A stretch of DNA of 64,000 nucleotides from Eledone cirrhosa (Eukaryota): assembly GCA_964016885.1 (NCBI GenBank), contig OZ024741.1:260090001-260154000 (forward strand), written 5' to 3'. The notes under the pieces are model-generated. The model made no database searches, was not told where the DNA came from, and saw only the letters and a list, made by a program, of their open reading frames with translations. Below are positions 11,793 to 25,799 of this stretch, piece by piece; the stretch's first letter is position 1, and every line of letters starts with the position of its first letter. A program made the translations under genes and the position numbers.

Positions 11793-14700
11793 TCGTAAGT
11801 CGAAACACTCGTAAGCCGAAACACTCGTGAGCCGAAACACTCGTAAGTCGGAACACTCGTAAGTCAGAACACTCGTAAGTCAGAACACTCGTAAGTTAGA
11901 ACACTCGTAAGTCAGAACACTCGTAAGTCAGAACACTCGTAAGTCGAAACACTCGTATCGAAACACTCGTATGTCAAAACACCCGTAAGTCAAAACACTC
12001 GTAAGTCGAAACACTCGTAAGTCGAAACACTCGTAAGCCGAAACACTCGTAAGCCGAAACACTCGTAAGCCGAAACACTCGTAAGTCGGAACACTCGTAA
12101 GTCAGAACACTCATAAGTCAGAACACTTGTAAGTCAGAACACTCGTAAGTCGAAACACTCGTAAGCCGAAACACCGTAAGTCGAAACACCCGTATGTCGA
12201 AACACTCGTAAGCCGAAACACTCTTAAGTCGAAACACTCATAAGCCGAAACACTCGTAAGTCGGAACACTCGTAAATCAGAACACCCGCAAGTCAGAACA
12301 CTCGTAAATCAGAACACTCTTAAGTCGAAACTTACGTACGCCGAAACAATCGTAAGTCGAAACACTCGTAAGTCGAAACATCCTTAAGTCGAAACACTCG
12401 TACACCGAAACACTCGTAAGTATAAACATTAGTAAGTCGAAACACTCGTATGTCGAAACACTCGTAAACCGAAACACTCGTAAGTCGGAACACTCGTAAG
12501 TCAGAACACTCGTAAGTCAGAACACTCGTAAGTCGAAACACTCATAAGTCGAAACACCCGTAAGTCGAAACACTCGTAAGTCGAAACACCCATAAGCCGA
12601 AACACTCGTAAGCCAAAACATTCGTAAGTCGAAACACTCGTAAACCGAAACACTCGTAAGCCAAAACATTCGTATGTCGAAACACTCGTAAGTCGAAACA
12701 CCCATAGCCGAAACACTTGTAAGTCTGAACACACGTAAGTCAGAACACCCGTAAGTCAGAACACTCGTAAGTCAGAACACTCGTAAGTCAGAACACTCGT
12801 AAGTCAGAACACTCGTAAGTCAGAGCACTCGTATCGAAACACTCGTATGTCAAAACACCCGTAAGTCAAAACACTCGTAAGTCGAAACACTCGTAAGCCG
12901 AAACACCGTAAGCCAAAACACTCGTAAGTCGAAACACCCCTAAGTCGAAACACTCGTAAGCCGAAACACTCGTAAGCCGAAACACTCGTAAGTCGGAACA
13001 CTCGTAAGTCGGAACACTCGTAAGTCAGAACACTCGTAAGTCAGAACACTCGTAAGTCAGAACACTCGTAAGTCAGAACACTCGTAAGTCGAAACACTCG
13101 TATCGAAACACTCGTATGTCAAAACACCCGTAAGTCAAAACACTCGTAAGTCGAAACACTCGTAAGTCGAAACATTCGTAAGTCGAAACATCCGTAAATC
13201 AGAACACTCTTAAGTCGAAACACTCGTAAGTCGAAACACTCGTAAGCCGAAACACTCGTAAGTCGAAGTACTCGTATCGAAACACTCGTAAGTCGAAACA
13301 CCCTTAAGTCAAAACACTCGTAAGCCAAAACACTCGTAAGTCGAAACACTCGTAAGTCGGAACACTCGTAAGTCAGAACACTCGTAAGTCAGAACACTCG
13401 TAAGTGGAAACACGCGTAAGTCGAAACACTCATAAGTCGAAACACTCGTAAGTCGAAACACCCGTAAGTCGAAACACCCGTAAGTCGAAACACTCGTATG
13501 TCGAATAACTCGTAAGCCGAAACACCGTAAGTCAAAACACTCGTAAGTCGAAACACTCGTAAGTCGAAACACCCATAAGCCGAAACACTCGTAAGCCAAA
13601 ACATTCGTAAGTCGAAACACTCGTAAACCGAAACACTCGTAAGCCAAAACATTCGTAAGTCGAAACACTCGTAAGTCGAAACACCCATAGCCGAAACACT
13701 CGTAAGTCTGAACACACGTAAGTCAGAACAGCCGTAAGTCAGAACACTCGTAAGTCAGAACACTCGTAAGTCAGAGCACTCGTATCGAAACACTCGTATG
13801 TCAAAACACCCGTAAGTCAAAACACTCGTAAGTCGAAACACTCGTAAGTCGAAACACTCGTATGTCGAAACATCCGTAAATCAGAACACTCGTAAGTCGA
13901 AACACTCGTAAGTCGAAACACTCGTAAGCCGAAACACTCGTAAGTCGAAGCACTCGTATCGAAACACTCGTAAGTCGAAACACCCTTAAGTCAAAACACT
14001 CGTAAGCCAAAACACTCGTAAGTCGAAACACTCGTAAGTCGGAACACTCGTAAGTCAGAACACTCGTAAGTCAGAACACTCGTAAGTGGAAACACGCGTA
14101 AGTCGAAAGACCCGTAAGTCAAAAATCTCGTAAGTCAAAACACTCGTAAGCCGAAACACTCGTAAGTCGAAACACTCGTAAGTCGAAACACCCGTAAGTC
14201 GGAACACTCGTAAGTCAGAATACTCGTAAGTCAAAACACTCGTAAACCGGAACACCCGTAAGGCAAAACATTCGCATGTCAAAACACTCGTAAGTCGAAA
14301 CACTCGTAAGCCGAAACACTCGTAAGTCGAAACACTCGTAAGTCGAAACACTCGTAAGTCGAAACACTCGTAAGTCAGTGCACCCGTAAGTCAGAACACT
14401 CGTAGTCAGAATACTCGTAAGTCGAAACACTCGTATGTCGAAACACCCGTAAGTCGAAACATCCGTAAGTCAAAACACTCGTATGTCGAAACACTCGTAA
14501 GCCGAAACACTCATAAGTCGAAACACTCGTAAGCCGAAACACCCGTAAGTCAAAACATTCGTAAGTCAAAACACTCGTAAGTCGAAACACCCGTAAGTCA
14601 AAACACTCGTATGTCGAAACACTCGTAAGCCGAAACAACGTAAGTAAAAACACTCGTAAGTCGAAACACCCATAAGTCGAAACACTCGTAAGCCGAAACA

Positions 14701-17700
14701 CTCGTAAGTCGAAACACTCATAAGCCGAAACACTCGTAAGTCGGAACACTCGTAAATCAGAACACCCGCAAGTCAGAACACTCGTAAATCAGAACACTCT
14801 TAAGTCGAAACTCACGTACGCTGAAACACTCGTAAGTCGAAACACTCGTAAGTCGAAACATCCTTAAGTCGAAACACTCGTACACCGAAACACTCGTAAG
14901 TATAAACATTAGTAAGTCGAAACACTCGTAAGCCGAAACACTCGTAAGTCGAAACACCCGTAAATCGAAACACCCCTAAGTCAAAACACTCGTATGTCGA
15001 AACACTCGTAAACCGAAACACTCGTAAGTCGGAACACTCGTAAGTCAGAACACTCGTAAGTCAGAACACTCGTAAGTCGAAACACTCATAAGTCGAAACA
15101 CTCGTAAGTCGAAACACCCGTAAGTCGAAACCCCCGTAAGTCGAAACACTCGTATGTCGAATAACTCGTAAGCTGAAACACCGTAAGTCAAAACACTCGT
15201 AAGTCAAAACACTCGTAAGTCGAAACACCCATAAGCCGAAACACTCGTAAGCCAAAACATTCGTAAGTCGAAACTCTCGTAAACCGAAACACTCGTAAGC
15301 CAAAACATTCGTAAGTCGAAACACTCGTAAGTCGAAACACCCATAGCCGAAACACTCGTAAGTCGGAACACACGTAAGTCAGAACACCCGTAAGTCAGAA
15401 CACTCGTAAGTCAGAACACTCGTAAGTCAGAGCACTCGTATCGAAACACTCGTATGTCAAAACACCCGTAAGTCAAAACACTCGTAAGTCGAAACACTCG
15501 TAAGCCGAAACACCGTAAGCCAAAACACTCGTAAGTCGAAACACCCGTAAGTCGGAACACTCGTAAGTCGAAACACTCGTAAGTCGAAACACTCGTAAGC
15601 CGAAACACTCGTAAGCCGAAACACTCGTAAGTCGGAACACTCGTAAGTCGGAACACTCGTAAGTCAGAACACTCGTAAGTCAGAACACTCGTAAGTCAGA
15701 ACACTCGTAAGTCAGAATACTCGTAAGTCGAAACACCCGTAAGTCGAAACACCCGTAAGTCGAAACACTCGTATGTCGAATAACTCGTAAGCCGAAACAC
15801 CGTAAGTCAAAACACTCGTAAGTCGAAACACTCGTAAGTCGAAACACCCATAAGCCGAAACACTCGTAAGCCAAAACATTCGTAAGTCGAAACACTCGTA
15901 AACCGAAACACTCGTAAGCCAAAACATTCGTAAGTCGAAACACTCGTAAGTCGAAACACCCATAGCCGAAACACTTGTAAGTCTGAACACACGTAAGTCA
16001 GAACACCCGTAAGTCAGAACACTCGTAAGTCAGAACACTCGTAAGTCAGAACACTCGTAAGTCAGAGCACTCGTATCGAAACACTCGTATGTCAAAACAC
16101 CCGTAAGTCAAAACACTCGTAAGTCGAAACACTCGTAAGCCGAAACACCGTAAGCCAAAACACTCGTAAGTCGAAACACCCGTAAGTCGGAACACTCGTA
16201 AGTCGAAACACTCGTAAGTCGAAACACTCGTAAGCCGAAACACTCGTAAGCCGAAACACTCTTAAGTCGGAACACTCGTAAGTCGGAACACTCGTAAGTC
16301 AGAACACTCGTAAGTCAGAACACTCGTAAGTCAGAACACTCGTAAGTCAGAACACTCGTAAGTCGAAACACTCGTATCGAAACACTCGTATGTCAAAACA
16401 CCAGTAAGTCGAAACACTCGTATCGAAACACTCGTATGTCAAAACACCAGTAAGTCAAAACACTCGTAAGTCGAAACACTCGTAAGCCGAAACACCGTAA
16501 GTCGAAACACCCGTATGTCGAAACACTCGTAAGCCGAAACACTCGTAAGTCGAAACACTCGTAGTCGAAACACTCGTAAGTCGAAACACCCGTAAGTCGA
16601 AACACTCGTAAGTCGAAACACTCGTAAGCCGAAACACTCGTAAGTCGAAACACTCATAAGCCGAAACACTCGTAAGTCGAAACACTCGTAAGTCAGAACA
16701 CTCGTAGTCAGAACACTCGTAAGTCAAACCACTCGTAAGCCGAAACACTCGTAAGTCGAAACACTCGTAAGTCGAAACACTCGTAAGTCGAAAAACTCGT
16801 AAGCCGGAACACTCGTAAGTCAGAACACTCGTAAGTCAGAACACTCGTAAGTCGAAACACTCGTAAGCCGAAACACCCGTAAGTCGAAACATTCGTAAGT
16901 CGAAACACCCGTAAGTCGAAACACTCGTAAGTCGAAACACTCGTAAGTCGAAACACCGTAAGTCAAAACACTCGTATGTCGAAACATCCGTAAATCAGAA
17001 CACTCCTAAGTCAAAACACTCGTAAGTCGAAACACTCGTAAGTCAAAAATACTCGTAAGTCGAAACACCCTTAAGTAAAAACACTCGTAAGTCGAAACAC
17101 TCGTAAGCCGAAACACCCGTCAGTTAAAACACCCGTAAGTCGAAACACTCGTAAGTCAAAACTCTCGTACGCCGAAACACTCGTAAGTAAAAACATTAGT
17201 AAGTCGAAACACTCGTAAGCCGAAACACTCATAAGTCGAAACACTCGTAAGCCGAAACACCCGTAAGTCAAAACATTCGTAAGTCAAAACACTCGTAAGT
17301 CGAAACACCCGTAAGTCGAAACACTCGTATGTCGAAACACTCGTAAGCCGAAACACCGTAAGTAAAAACACTCGTAAGTCTAAACACCCACAAGTCGAAA
17401 CACTCGTAAGCCGAAACACTCGTAAGTCGAAACACTCATAAGCCGAAACACTCGTAAGTCGGAACACTCGTAAATCAGAACACCCGCAAGTCAGAACACT
17501 CGTATCGAAACACTCGTATGTCAAAACACCCGTAAGTCAAAACACTCGTAAGTCGAAACACTCGTAAGCCGAAACACCGTAAGTAAAAAAACTCGTAAGT
17601 CGAAATACTCGTAAGTCGAAACACTCGTAAGCCGAAACAATCGTAATTCAAAACACTCGTAAGTCGAAACACTCGTAAGCCGAAACAATCGTAAGTAGAA

Positions 17701-19250
17701 ACACTCGTAAGCCGAAAATACTCGTAAGTCGGAACACCCGTAAGCCGAAACACTCGTATGTCGAAACACTCGTAAGCCGAAACAACATAAGTAAAAACAC
17801 TCGTAAGTCGAAACACCCATAAGTCGAAACACTCGTAAGCCGAAACACTCGTAAGTCGAAACACTCATAAGCCGAAACACTCGTAAGTCGGAACACTCGT
17901 AAATCAGAACACCCGCAAGTCAGAACACTCGTAAATCAGAACACTCTTAAGTCGAAACTCACGTACGCCGAAACACTCGTAAGTCGAAACACTCGTAAGT
18001 CGAAACATCCTTAAGTCGAAACACTCGTACACCGAAACACTCGTAAGTATAAACATTAGTAAGTCGAAACACTCGTATGTCGAAACACTCGTAAACCGAA
18101 ACACTCGTAAGTCGGAACACTCGTAAGTCAGAACACTCGTAAGTCAGAACACTCGTAAGTCGAAACACTCATAAGTCGAAACACTCGTAAGTCGAAACAC
18201 CCGTAAGTCGAAACACCCGTAAGTCGAAACACTCGTATGTCGAATAACTCGTAAGCCGAAACACCGTAAGTCAAAACACTCGTAAGTCGAAACACTCGTA
18301 AGTCGAAACACCCATAAGCCGAAACATTCGTAAGCCAAAACATTCGTAAGTCGAAACACTCGTAAACCGAAATACTCGTAAGCCAAAACATTCGTAAGTC
18401 GAAACACTCGTAAGTCGAAACACCCATAGCCGAAACACTTGTAAGTCTGAACACACGTAAGTCAGAACACCCGTAAGTCAGAACACTCGTAAGTCAGAAC
18501 ACTCGTAAGTCAGAACACTCGTAAGTCAGAGCACTCGTATCGAAACACTCGTATGTCAAAACACCCGTAAGTCAAAACACTCGTAAGTCGAAACACTCGT
18601 AAGCCGAAACACCGTAAGCCAAAACACTCGTAAGTCGAAACATCCGTAAGTCGGAACACTCGTAAGTCGAAACACTCGTAAGTCGAAACACTCGTAAGCC
18701 GAAACACTCGTAAGCCGAAACACTCGTAAGTCGGAACACTCGTAAGTCGGAACACTCGTAAGTCAGAACACTCGTAAGTCAGAACACTCGTAAGTCAGAA
18801 CACTCGTAAGTCAGAACACTCGTAAGTCGAAACACTCGTATCGAAACACTCGTATGTCAAAACACCCGTAAGTCAAAACACTCGTAAGTCCAAACACTCG
18901 TAAGTCGAAACACTCGTATGTCGAAACATCCGTAAATCAGAACACTCGTAAGTCGAAACACTCGTAAGTCGAAACACTCGTAAGCCGAAACACTCGTAAG
19001 TCGAAGCACTCGTATCGAAACACTCGTAAGTCGAAACACCCTTAAGTCAAAACACTCGTAAGCCAAAACACTCGTAAGTCGAAACACTCGTAAGTCGGAA
19101 CACTCGTAAGTCAGAACACTCGTAAGTCAGAACACTCGTAAGTGGAAACACGCGTAAGTCGAAAGACCCGTAAGTCAAAAATCTCGTAAGTCAAAACACT
19201 CGTAAGCCGAAACACTCGTAAGTCGAAACACTCGTAAGTCGAAACATTCG
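11793..19250. repeat. Island-free, more diverged satellite block (older layer)
   Basis: No AT-rich island occurs for ~7.5 kb. The block is enriched in rare monomers: GTATAAACATTAG, GTAAAAAC, GAAACTCACGTACG, TACACCG, CACCAG and AACCGGAACACCCGTAAGGC. Confidence 0.88.
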
Positions 19251-22200
19251 TAAAGCGAAACGTATAAATAAAGATTAATGTAATGAACTTGAAAAGCATA
19301 GATATTTGAAACCGCGTCTATTTGTTATTTTCGTAAGTCGAAACACTCGTAAGTCAGAACACTCGTAAGTCAGAACACTCTTAAGTCAGAACACTCGTAT
19401 CGAAACACGTATGTCAAAACACCCGTAAGTCAAAACACTCGTAAGTCGAAACACTCGTAAGTCGAAACACTCGTAAGCCGAAACAATCGTAAGTCAAAAC
19501 ACTCGTAAGTCGAAACACTCGTAAGCCGAAAATACTCGTAAGTCGGAACACCCGTAAGCCGAAACCCTCGTAGGTCGGAACACTCGTAAGTCGAAACACT
19601 CGTAAGTCGAAACACCCGTAAGTCGAAACACTCGTAAGTCGAAACACCCGTAAGTCGAAACATCCGTAAGTCAAAACACTCGTATGTCGAAACACTCGTA
19701 AGCCGAAACACTCGTAAGTCGGAACACTCGCAAGTCAGAACACTCGTAAGTCAGAACACTCGTAAGTCGAAACACTCGTAAGTCGAAACACCCGTAAGTC
19801 GAAACGCCCGTAAGTCAAAACACTCGTATGTCGAAACACTCGCAAGCCGAAAAACCGTAAGTCAAAACACTCGTAAGTCGAAACACTCGTAAATCGAAAC
19901 ACTCGTAAGCCGAAACACTCGTAAGCGAAAACATTCGTTAGTCGAAACACTCGTAACCCGAAACACTCGTAAGTCGAAACACTCGAAAGCCGAAACACTC
20001 GTAAGGCGAAACACTCATAAGCCGAAACACTCGTAAGTCGGAACACTCGTAAGTCAGAACACCCGTAAATCAGAACACTCGTAGTCAGAACACTCGTAAG
20101 TCGAAACACTCGTAAGCCGAAACACTCGCAAGTCGAAGCACTCGTAATCCGAAACACTCTTAAGTCGAAACACTCGTAAGTCGGAACACTCGTAAGTCAG
20201 AACACTCGTAAGTCAGAACACTCGTAAGTCGAAACACTCGTAAGCCGAAACATCCGTAAGTCAAAACATCCGTAAGTCAAAACATTCGTAAGTCGAAACA
20301 CCCGTAGTCGAAACACTCGCAAGTCGAAACACTCGTAAGTCGAAACACGCGTAAGTCGAAACACATGTAAGTCAAAACACTCGTAAGTTAAAACACTCGT
20401 AAGCCGAAACACTCGTAAGTCGAAACACTCGTAAGTCGAAACACTCGTAAAGCGAAACGTATAAATAAATATTAATGTAATGAATTTGAAAAGCATAGAG
20501 ATTTGAAACCGCGTCTATTTGTTATTTTCGTAAGTCGAAACACTCGTAAGCCGAAACACTCGTGAGCCGAAACACTCGTAAGTCGGAACACTCGTAAGTC
20601 AGAACACTCGTAAGTCAGAACACTCGTAAGTTAGAACACTCGTAAGTCAGAACACTCGTAAGTCAGAACACTCGTAAGTCGAAACACTCGTATCGAAACA
20701 ATCGTATGTCAAAACACCCGTAAGTCAAAACACTCGTAAGTCGAAACACTCGTAAGTCGAAACACTCGTAAGCCGAAACACTCGTAAGCCGAAACACTCG
20801 TAAGTCGGAACACTCGTAAGTCGGAACACTCGTAAGTCAGAACACTCGTAAGTCAGAACACTCGTAAGTCAGAACACTCGTAAGTCAGAACACTCGTAAG
20901 TCGAAACACTCGTATCGAAACACTCGTATGTCAAAACACCCGTAAGTCAAAACACTCGTAAGTCGAAACACTCGTAAGTCGAAACACTCGTATGTCGAAA
21001 CATCCGTAAATCGGAACACTCGTAAGTCGAAACACTCGTAAGTCGAAACACTCGTAAGCCGAAACACTCGTAAGTCGAAGCACTCGTATCGAAACACTCG
21101 TAAGTCGAAACACCCTTAAGTCAAAACACTCGTAAGCCAAAACACTCGTAAGTCGAAACACTCGTAAGTCGGAACACTCGTAAGTCAGAACACTCGTAAG
21201 TCAGAACACTCGTAAGTGGAAACACGCGTAAGTCGAAAGACCCGTAAGTCAAAAATCTCGTAAGTCAAAACACTCGTAAGCCGAAACACTCGTAAGTCGA
21301 AACACTCGTAAGACGAAACATTCGTAAAGCGAAACGTATAAATAAAGATTAATGTAATGAACTTGAAAAGCATAGATATTTGAAACCGCGTCTATTTGTT
21401 ATTTTCGTAAGTCGAAACACTCGTAAGTCAGAACACTCGTAAGTCAGAACACTCGTATCGAAACACGTATGTCAAAACACCCGTAAGTCAAAACACTCGT
21501 AAGTCGAAACACTCGTAAGTCGAAACACTCGTAAGCCGAAACAATCGTAAGTCAAAACACTCGTAAGTCGAAACACTCGTAAGCCGAAAATATTCGTAAG
21601 TCGGAACACCCGTAAGCCGAAACCCTCGTAGGTCGGAACACTCGTAAGTCGAAACACTCGTAAGTCGAAACACCCGTAAGTCGAAACACTCGTAAGTCGA
21701 AACACCCGTAAGTCGAAACATCCGTAAGTCAAAACACTCGTATGTCGAAACACTCGTAAGCCGAAACACTCGTAAGTCGGAACACTCGCAAGTCAGAACA
21801 CTCGTAAGTCAGAACACTCGTAAGTCGAAACACTCGTAAGTCGAAACACCCGTAAGTCGAAACGCCCGTAAGTCAAAACACTCGTATGTCGAAACACTCG
21901 CAAGCCGAAAAACCGTAAGTCAAAACACTCGTAAGTCGAAACATTCGTAAATCGAAACACTCGTAAGCCGAAACACTCGTAAGCGAAAACATTCGTTAGT
22001 CGAAACACTCGTAACCCGAAACACTCGTAAGTCGAAACACTCGAAAGCCGAAACACTCGTAAGTCGAAACACTCATAAGCCGAAACACTCGTAAGTCGGA
22101 ACACTCGTAAGTCAGAACACCCGTAAATCAGAACACTCGTAGTCAGAACACTCGTAAGTCGAAACACTCGTAAGCCGAAACACTCGCAAGTCGAAGCACT

Positions 22201-23480
22201 CGTAATCCGAAACACTCTTAAGTCGAAACACTCGTAAGTCGGAACACTCGTAAGTCAGAACACTCGTAAGTCAGAACACTCGTAAGTCGAAACACTCGTA
22301 AGCCGAAACATCCGTAAGTCAAAACATCCGTAAGTCAAAACATTCGTAAGTCGAAACACCCGTAGTCGAAACACTCGCAAGTCGAAAAACTCGTAAGTCG
22401 AAACACGCGTAAGTCGAAACACATGTAAGTCAAAACACTCGTAAGTCAAAACACTCGTAAGCCGAAACACTCGTAAGTCGAAACACTCGTAAGTCGAAAC
22501 ACTCGTAAAGCGAAACGTATAAATAAAGATTAATGTAATGAATTTGAAAAGCATAGAGATTTGAAACCGCGTCTATTTGTTATTTTCGTAAGTCGAAACA
22601 CTCGTAAGCCGAAACACTCGTGAGCCGAAACACTCGTAAGTCGGAACACTCGTAAGTCAGAACACTCGTAAGTCAGAACACTCGTAAGTTAGAACACTCG
22701 TAAGTCAGAACACTCGTAAGTCCAAACACTCGTATCGAAAGACTCGTATGTCAAAACACCCGTAAGTCAAAACACTCGTAAGTCGAAACACTCGTAAGTC
22801 GAAACACTCGTAAGCCGAAACACTCGTAAGCCGAAACACTCGTAAGTCGGAACACTCGTAAGTCGGAACACTCGTAAGTCAGAACACTCGTAAGTCAGAA
22901 CACTCGTAAGTCAGAACACTCGTAAGTCAGAACACTCGTAAGTCAGAACACTCGTAAGTCGAAACACTCGTATCGAAACACTCGTATGTCAAAACACCCG
23001 TAAGTCAAAACACTCGTAAGTCGAAACACTCGTAAGTCGAACCACTCGTATGTCGAAACATCCGTAAATAAGAACACTCGTAAGTCGAAACACTCGTAAG
23101 TCGAAACACTCGTAAGCCGAAACACTCGTAAGTCGAAGCACTCGTATCGAAACACTCGTAAGTCGAAACACCCTTAAGTCAAAACACTCGTAAGCCAAAA
23201 CACTCGTAAGTCGAAACACTCGTAAGTCGGAACACTCGTAAGTCAGAACACTCGTAAGTCAGAACACTCGTAAGTGGAAACACGCGTAAGTCGAAAGACC
23301 CGTAAGTCAAAAATCTCGTAAGTCAAAACACTCGTAAGCCGAAACACTCGTAAGTCGAAACACTCGTAAGTCGAAACACTCGTAAGTCGAAACATTCGTA
23401 AAGCGAAACGTATAAATAAAGATTAATGTAATGAACTTGAAAAGCATAGATATTTGAAACCGCGTCTATTTGTTATTTTC
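19100..23480. repeat. Two ~2.07-kb A+B HOR units
   Basis: A islands at 19299, 21373 and 23447 (steps of 2,074), with B islands at 20496 and 22554. Confidence 0.9.
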
Positions 23481-25799
23481 GTAAGTCGAAACACTCGTAA
23501 GTCAGAACACTCGTAAGTCAGAACACTCTTAAGTCAGAACACTCGTATCGAAACACGTATGTCAAAACACCCGTAAGTCAAAACACTCGTAAGTCGAAAC
23601 ACTCGTAAGTCGAAACACTCGTAAGCCGAAACAATCGTAAGTCAAAACACTCGTAAGTCGAAACACTCGTAAGCCGAAAATACTCGTAAGTCGGAACACC
23701 CGTAAGCCGAAACCCTCGTAGGTCGGAACACTCGTAAGTCAAAACACTCGTAAGTCGAAACACCCGTAAGTCGAAACACTCGTAAGTCGAAACACCCGTA
23801 AGTCGAAACATCCGTAAGTCAAAACACTCGTATGTCGAAACACTCGTAAGCCGAAACACTCGTAAGTCAGAACACTCGTAAGTCAGAACACTCGTAAGTC
23901 GAAACACTCATAAGTCGAAACACTCGTAAGTCGAAACACCCGTAAGTCGAAACACCCGTAAGTCGAAACACTCGTATGTCGAATAACTCGTAAGCCGAAA
24001 CACCGTAAGTCAAAACACTCGTAAGTCGAAACACTCGTAAGTCGAAACACCCATAAGCCGAAACATTCGTAAGCCAAAACATTCGTAAGTCGAAACACTC
24101 GTAAACCGAAACACTCGTAAGCCAAAACATTCGTAAGTCGAAACACTCGTAAGTCGAAACACCCATAGCCGAAACACTTGTAAGTCTGAACACACGTAAG
24201 TCAGAACACCCGTAAGTCAGAACACTCGTAAGTCAGAACACTCGTAAGTCAGAACACTCGTAAGTCAGAGCACTCGTATCGAAACACTCGTATGTCAAAA
24301 CACCCGTAAGTCAAAACACTCGTAAGTCGAAACACTCGTAAGCCGAAACACCGTAAGCCAAAACACTCGTAAGTCGAAACACCCGTAAGTCGGAACACTC
24401 GTAAGTCGAAACACTCGTAAGTCGAAACACTCGTAAGCCGAAACACTCGTAAGCCGAAACACTCGTAAGTCGGAACACTCGTAAGTCGGAACACTCGTAA
24501 GTCAGAACACTCGTAAGTCAGAACACTCGTAAGTCAGAACACTCGTAAGTCAAAACACTCGTATCGAAACACTCGTATGTCAAAACACCCGTAAGTCAAA
24601 ACACTCGTAAGTCGAAACACTCGTAAGTCGAAACATTCGTATGTCGAAACATCCGTAAATCAGAACACTCGTAAGTCGAAACACTCGTAAGCCGAAACAC
24701 TCGTAAGTCGAAGCACTCGTATCGAAACACTCGTAAGTCGAAACACCCTTAAGTCAAAACACTCGTAAGCCAAAACACTCGTAAGTCGAAACACTCGTAA
24801 GTCGGAACACTCGTAAGTCAGAACACTCGTAAGTCAGAACACTCGTAAGTGGAAACACGCGTAAGTCGAAACACTCATAAGTCGAAACACTCGTAAGTCG
24901 AAACACCCGTAAGTCGAAACACCCGTAAGTCGAAACACTCGTATGTCGAATAACTCGTAAGCCGAAACACCGTAAGTCAAAACACTCGTAAGTCGAAACA
25001 CTCGTAAGTCGAAACACCCATAAGCCGAAACACTCGTAAGCCAAAACATTCGTAAGTCGAAACACTCGTAAACCGAAACACTCGTAAGCCAAAACATTCG
25101 TAAGTCGAAACACTCGTAAGTCGAAACACCCATAGCCGAAACACTCGTAAGTCTGAACACACGTAAGTCAGAACAGCCGTAAGTCAGAACACTCGTAAGT
25201 CAGAACACTCGTAAGTCAGAACACTCGTAAGTCAGAGCACTCGTATCGAAACACTCGTATGTCAAAACACCCGTAAGTCAAAACACTCGTAAGTCGAAAC
25301 ACTCGTAAGCCGAAACACCGTAAGCCAAAACACTCGTAAGTCGAAACACCCGTAAGTCGGAACACTCGTAAGTCGAAACACTCGTAAGTCGAAACACTCG
25401 TAAGCCGAAACACTCGTAAGCCGAAACACTCGTAAGTCGGAACACTCGTAAGTCGGAACACTCGTAAGTCAGAACACTCGTAAGTCAGAACACTCGTAAG
25501 TCAGAACACTCGTAAGTCAGAACACTCGTAAGTCGAAACACTCGTATCGAAACACTCGTATGTCAAAACACCCGTAAGTCAAAACACTCGTAAGTCGAAA
25601 CACTCGTAAGTCGAAACACTCGTATGTCGAAACATCCGTAAATCAGAACACTCGTAAGTCGAAACACTCGTAAGTCGAAACACTCGTAAGCCGAAACACT
25701 CGTAAGTCGAAGCACTCGTATCGAAACACTCGTAAGTCGAAACACCCTTAAGTCAAAACACTCGTAAGCCAAAACACTCGTAAGTCGAAACACTCGTAA

